64,000 nucleotides of DNA from contig NC_069000.1 of NCBI RefSeq assembly GCF_001194135.2, forward strand, positions 28,287,369 to 28,351,368, read 5' to 3'. The notes under the pieces were generated by a model, which ran no database searches, was not told the origin of the DNA, and saw only the letters and a program-made list of their open reading frames with translations. Below, one piece after another: positions 60,596 through 64,000 of the stretch. How positions within the stretch are numbered: the stretch's first letter is position 1; every line of letters begins with the position of its first letter. Made by a program: the position numbers and the translations under genes. This DNA is from Octopus bimaculoides (Eukaryota).

Positions 60596-62653
60596 AAATG
60601 GTGTGAGATGATGATGAACTATTATCTAAGTAGTGTTAAAACATGGAGGGTACATAAACTCAATGCTGAACTTTATGCTAATATACTTACAAAGTGGTTA
60701 TATTAGATAGTAGCCATCTGAGTGTGGCTTGTTATCATTTGATGGCAAATAACACCGTTTCAAGGCCAGTATGTGCTTATTTTAATTAGCTTTTCCTTTC
60801 CAGTATATATCTGCTGATCATAAAGAGTCTTGGTATTTAAGAGTAGGAGATATTGGGTGAAATATCAGTTAATATACCTATGATCAGGCACCTTTTGTAC
60901 TAGATTAAAGGAGCCAGTTGCCTTTATTATTATTATTTACATGTAAAAAAATGAATGAAGGATACTGTTTGAAACAGCATTTGTTATTAGGTAAATTAGA
61001 TCATAGAAAATCATCCTCATCATCACCAATTTGTCTTTATCCTTTGCCATGGATTAGTTGGTATAAAATATCACATGCACTTCACTAGATGTGCATTAAT
61101 GAGCATTCAAACATAGGTTTAAATGAAGAAAGCAGTAATTTTGTTTCTGTGTGTTGTTGCTTGTTTTCATTAGACTGTTGTGAAAATTTAGCATGAATAT
61201 TTTACAGGTGAATGTTATCATCCTTGTCAACATCTTTATTTTAACATTCATTTTTTTCCATGTTGATATGAGTTGCAAAAGTCTGATATGTAGCAGCTCT
61301 TCATCATCTTGTTCCTGTATTATTTTATTTTTAGATCTGTCCTAATTATTGCTCTCCAGTTTTACCATTGTTTAACTCTTTAATGACTATATTTTTAATA
61401 TGATACACTACCTCTGTGTTGTAATTAATTATCATAATTAAAATGAAAATATACTCAAATTTGGAAGGATTTAATTAAAGAACTTACTATCAAACTGATA
61501 TTTGGAATATAACTTGAAGTGTTTATATAAAATTGTAATGGAAAGTCTTAATTTCAAATGGGCAGTTTAAACCAAGAGTTTTCCAAAAATATAACCAAAA
61601 GATGTCTTAGGTGGATTTGTGTTAAAATAGTTAACTTTGATGCAACTAGCCTTTCACCATCAATTGCTTGGCCATTCAGTCAGCATACCTCATCATCATT
61701 ATGGGTCTGTGCAGCTATCTTCTTAGGTGTGGAGTAGACATCTTATTCAAATGTATATCGCATTTTATTTGTGCAATGTAGACATGTGTAAATGGCAAGA
61801 AAATGCAGTTAGTTGATAATGGGAGTAAGGCTGAACTTAAGCAAATTACTCCTTAGGGACCCAAAATCTGAACAAAACTTTCAAAAATCACTATTTTTTC
61901 ATTTATTGCAGTTTTATAATTTATATTCAATGATTCTTTACAAATAACCTAATTAACATTAACATACTACACCAATTTATTTTTTTAAATATCATTATTA
62001 CACAAGTTTTTATAATTATGATTTACTATATTCCCTTATATGTAAATGTTTGTTTATTGATTGAAGTGAATCATTTATACCTATCATGACTTTATTATGT
62101 ATTTTGGCTACATATATGCCAAGTTCAGTTCTTACACAACTTTATTTACTATTAAATACTGGAGCTTACCATGTCTGAATCCAGTCCTGAGGGGAAGTTA
62201 GTATGTTCTCTACAGCATAACCTAGTAAATACTGAACTGGGAATGAAACAACATTCCTTTTCACCTAGCTTGTCTAACATTAGGAACACAATGAAAAATC
62301 TATGGTGTTTGAAATTTCCTGCTTTACTTAACTCTATTGTTATTATTCTGAAGAATTGTTGACCATGCTAAATGTTGCTTGCGTTAGAGAAGAAAGTATT
62401 AACTTTGTGTATGCAGATCGACAATCTGTGTATCATGCATGGTTTGCTTTATTTTCACAGATAATGTTTCTGCCACTTATTTCTGTGAGTACTTTGACAC
62501 TGAGCTGCACTAATTCCATGAACTTCAACTCACAGATTTGGGAGGGAATTTAATGCTTTAAACATGTGTATGTGTACACACACACACACGCACACACACA
62601 CACACACATGCACACACATGTATATATATATGTCTATGTGTATATATATATCA

Positions 62654-62686
<33 letters not shown>

Positions 62687-62829
62687 CTTTTCATAAAAAG
62701 CGTTTACTTTTTTTGATTTCCAATGTGCATTTTCGCTTATTTTTCTTCTTTGCCCTTACATTTCCACGTGTAGTTTCTATTTTGTTTTTGTAACATACTT
62801 CTATTGTATTTCACTACATGTGAGATTGA

Positions 62830-64000
62830 AAATGTCACAAACACCAAACTCTACAGTTAAAACTCTCAACGAAGGGACTCTTAAGGAACTGAATGAGATC
62901 AACATGAATTTAAGACTTTTAATTAGCAAACTAAAATTCTACCAAGAGGTTTAGAGTTTACTCCAACCCCTCACAGATCGAACCCGAATGAAATTAAGGA
63001 TAACACTATGGATTTCTGCCGAAAATTACACCTCACAGAAGCACTTCACAACTACACTAACGAAGATGTGTGAATAGTAAAAAACAAAAGTGAATACTGT
63101 CCTACAAAAATCAGAAATAAAGCACTTGATGCTTTTTGTGAACACATTACCAGTTTTCCTTTTAATACCCTACAAAAACAACGAATTAAGTCCTACCATA
63201 CTGTAAATGAATGGAAATCGAGTTAAAAAATGATATAAACCTCACCATTAAAGAAGCCGACAAAGGAAGTGCGGTAGTGGTGATGGACACACAGTGTTAC
63301 AAAAAGTTAATACTCTCCATGTTGGAAAATAATATTTACTATGAGAGGATAGTACAATACAACCCACAGAAGACACTTAAAAACTTATCTTCTTTACTTC
63401 AAATACATGGAAAGGGCCTCACTAAACATGAAATTGACTATTTATCCAATTTTAAATACAGACTTAGTCTATTCTATGGATTACCCAAAATACACAAAAA
63501 TCCACATATTTGTAAAGCTTGAAAAGTTTCTCCAAGCCTATGCATTAATGTTCCTCCCCCTACTGACCTCAAACTGAGACCCATCATTGCTGCCCCTGCT
63601 TGTGAAACCCACCGTTTGAGCAACTTCCTCAACATCTTACTCAGACCATTTCTAAAATATGTGAAAAGCTTCATCAGGGATGACTTAGACATGCTTATCC
63701 ACCTCCCGAAGACAATAAATGAAGGAACCCTGTTAGCATCATTCAATGTGGTGAATTTGTACACCAATATCCCATACGATTATGGTATAGAAGCGATCAC
63801 CTTCTGGCTAGAAAAATACCCACAAGAGATCCCAGGATGTATCAACCACAGATTCATAATCACAGCACTCAAATTCATCCTACTGAACAACTACTTCATG
63901 TTCAATACACTTTACTATCGACAAAATTGTGGAATTGCAATGGGAACCCGAGCTGCTCCAGTGATTGCGAACCTTGTAATGGGTTACTTAGAGCTTAAAA
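62830..64000 (+). mobile_element. Penelope-like reverse transcriptase, runs off the window
   Basis: LTIKEADKGSAVVVMD, FYGLPKIHK, LRPIIA, SFNVVNLYTNIP, YRQNCGIAMGTRAAPVIANLVMG; premature TGA at 63520-63522. Confidence 0.92.

Noticed and set aside
60960-61330. Minus-strand acidic broken frames, possibly a transposase N-terminus
   Set aside because: No diagnostic motif could be read.
62461-62484. 24-nt micro-exon candidate (TTTTCACAG ... GTGAGT)
   Set aside because: The splice signals look good, but the phase-0 translation IMFLPLIS has no RalBP1 similarity; unsupported without RNA data.

Overview
AT-rich, repeat-dense animal genomic DNA with several assembly gaps (N runs). The repeat landscape (TA/CA microsatellites, RTE LINEs with (GAT)n tails, tRNA-head SINEs, many Penelope-like remnants) suggests an octopus or other coleoid cephalopod; this is inference. 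The only recognisable host gene is the 5' part of RalBP1/RLIP76 on the + strand: three phase-compatible coding exons at 34453-34534, 36132-36282 and 39628-39700, then a >24-kb TE-filled intron with no further exon I can identify. The rest is mobile DNA: a decayed Helitron Rep, many RTE fragments, a near full-length CR1-like LINE whose ORF1 starts with a Myb/SANT(trihelix)-like motif, R4/Dong and CRE-clade RLE retrotransposons, mariner and maT remnants, MITEs, and Penelope-like pieces (RT, GIY-YIG, pseudo-LTRs). The main hidden signal is a set of about ten type I hammerhead ribozyme motifs in the Penelope remnants. Two look structurally complete (44905-44996 minus, 59617-59671 plus), and four lie in sense within the RalBP1 intron. 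There are also two kb-scale diverged palindromes; one preserves both the empty and filled site of a Dong/R4 insertion at a (TAA) run. Many ORF-track entries are microsatellite or N-gap artefacts. No prokaryotic-type system (CRISPR, operon) is present.
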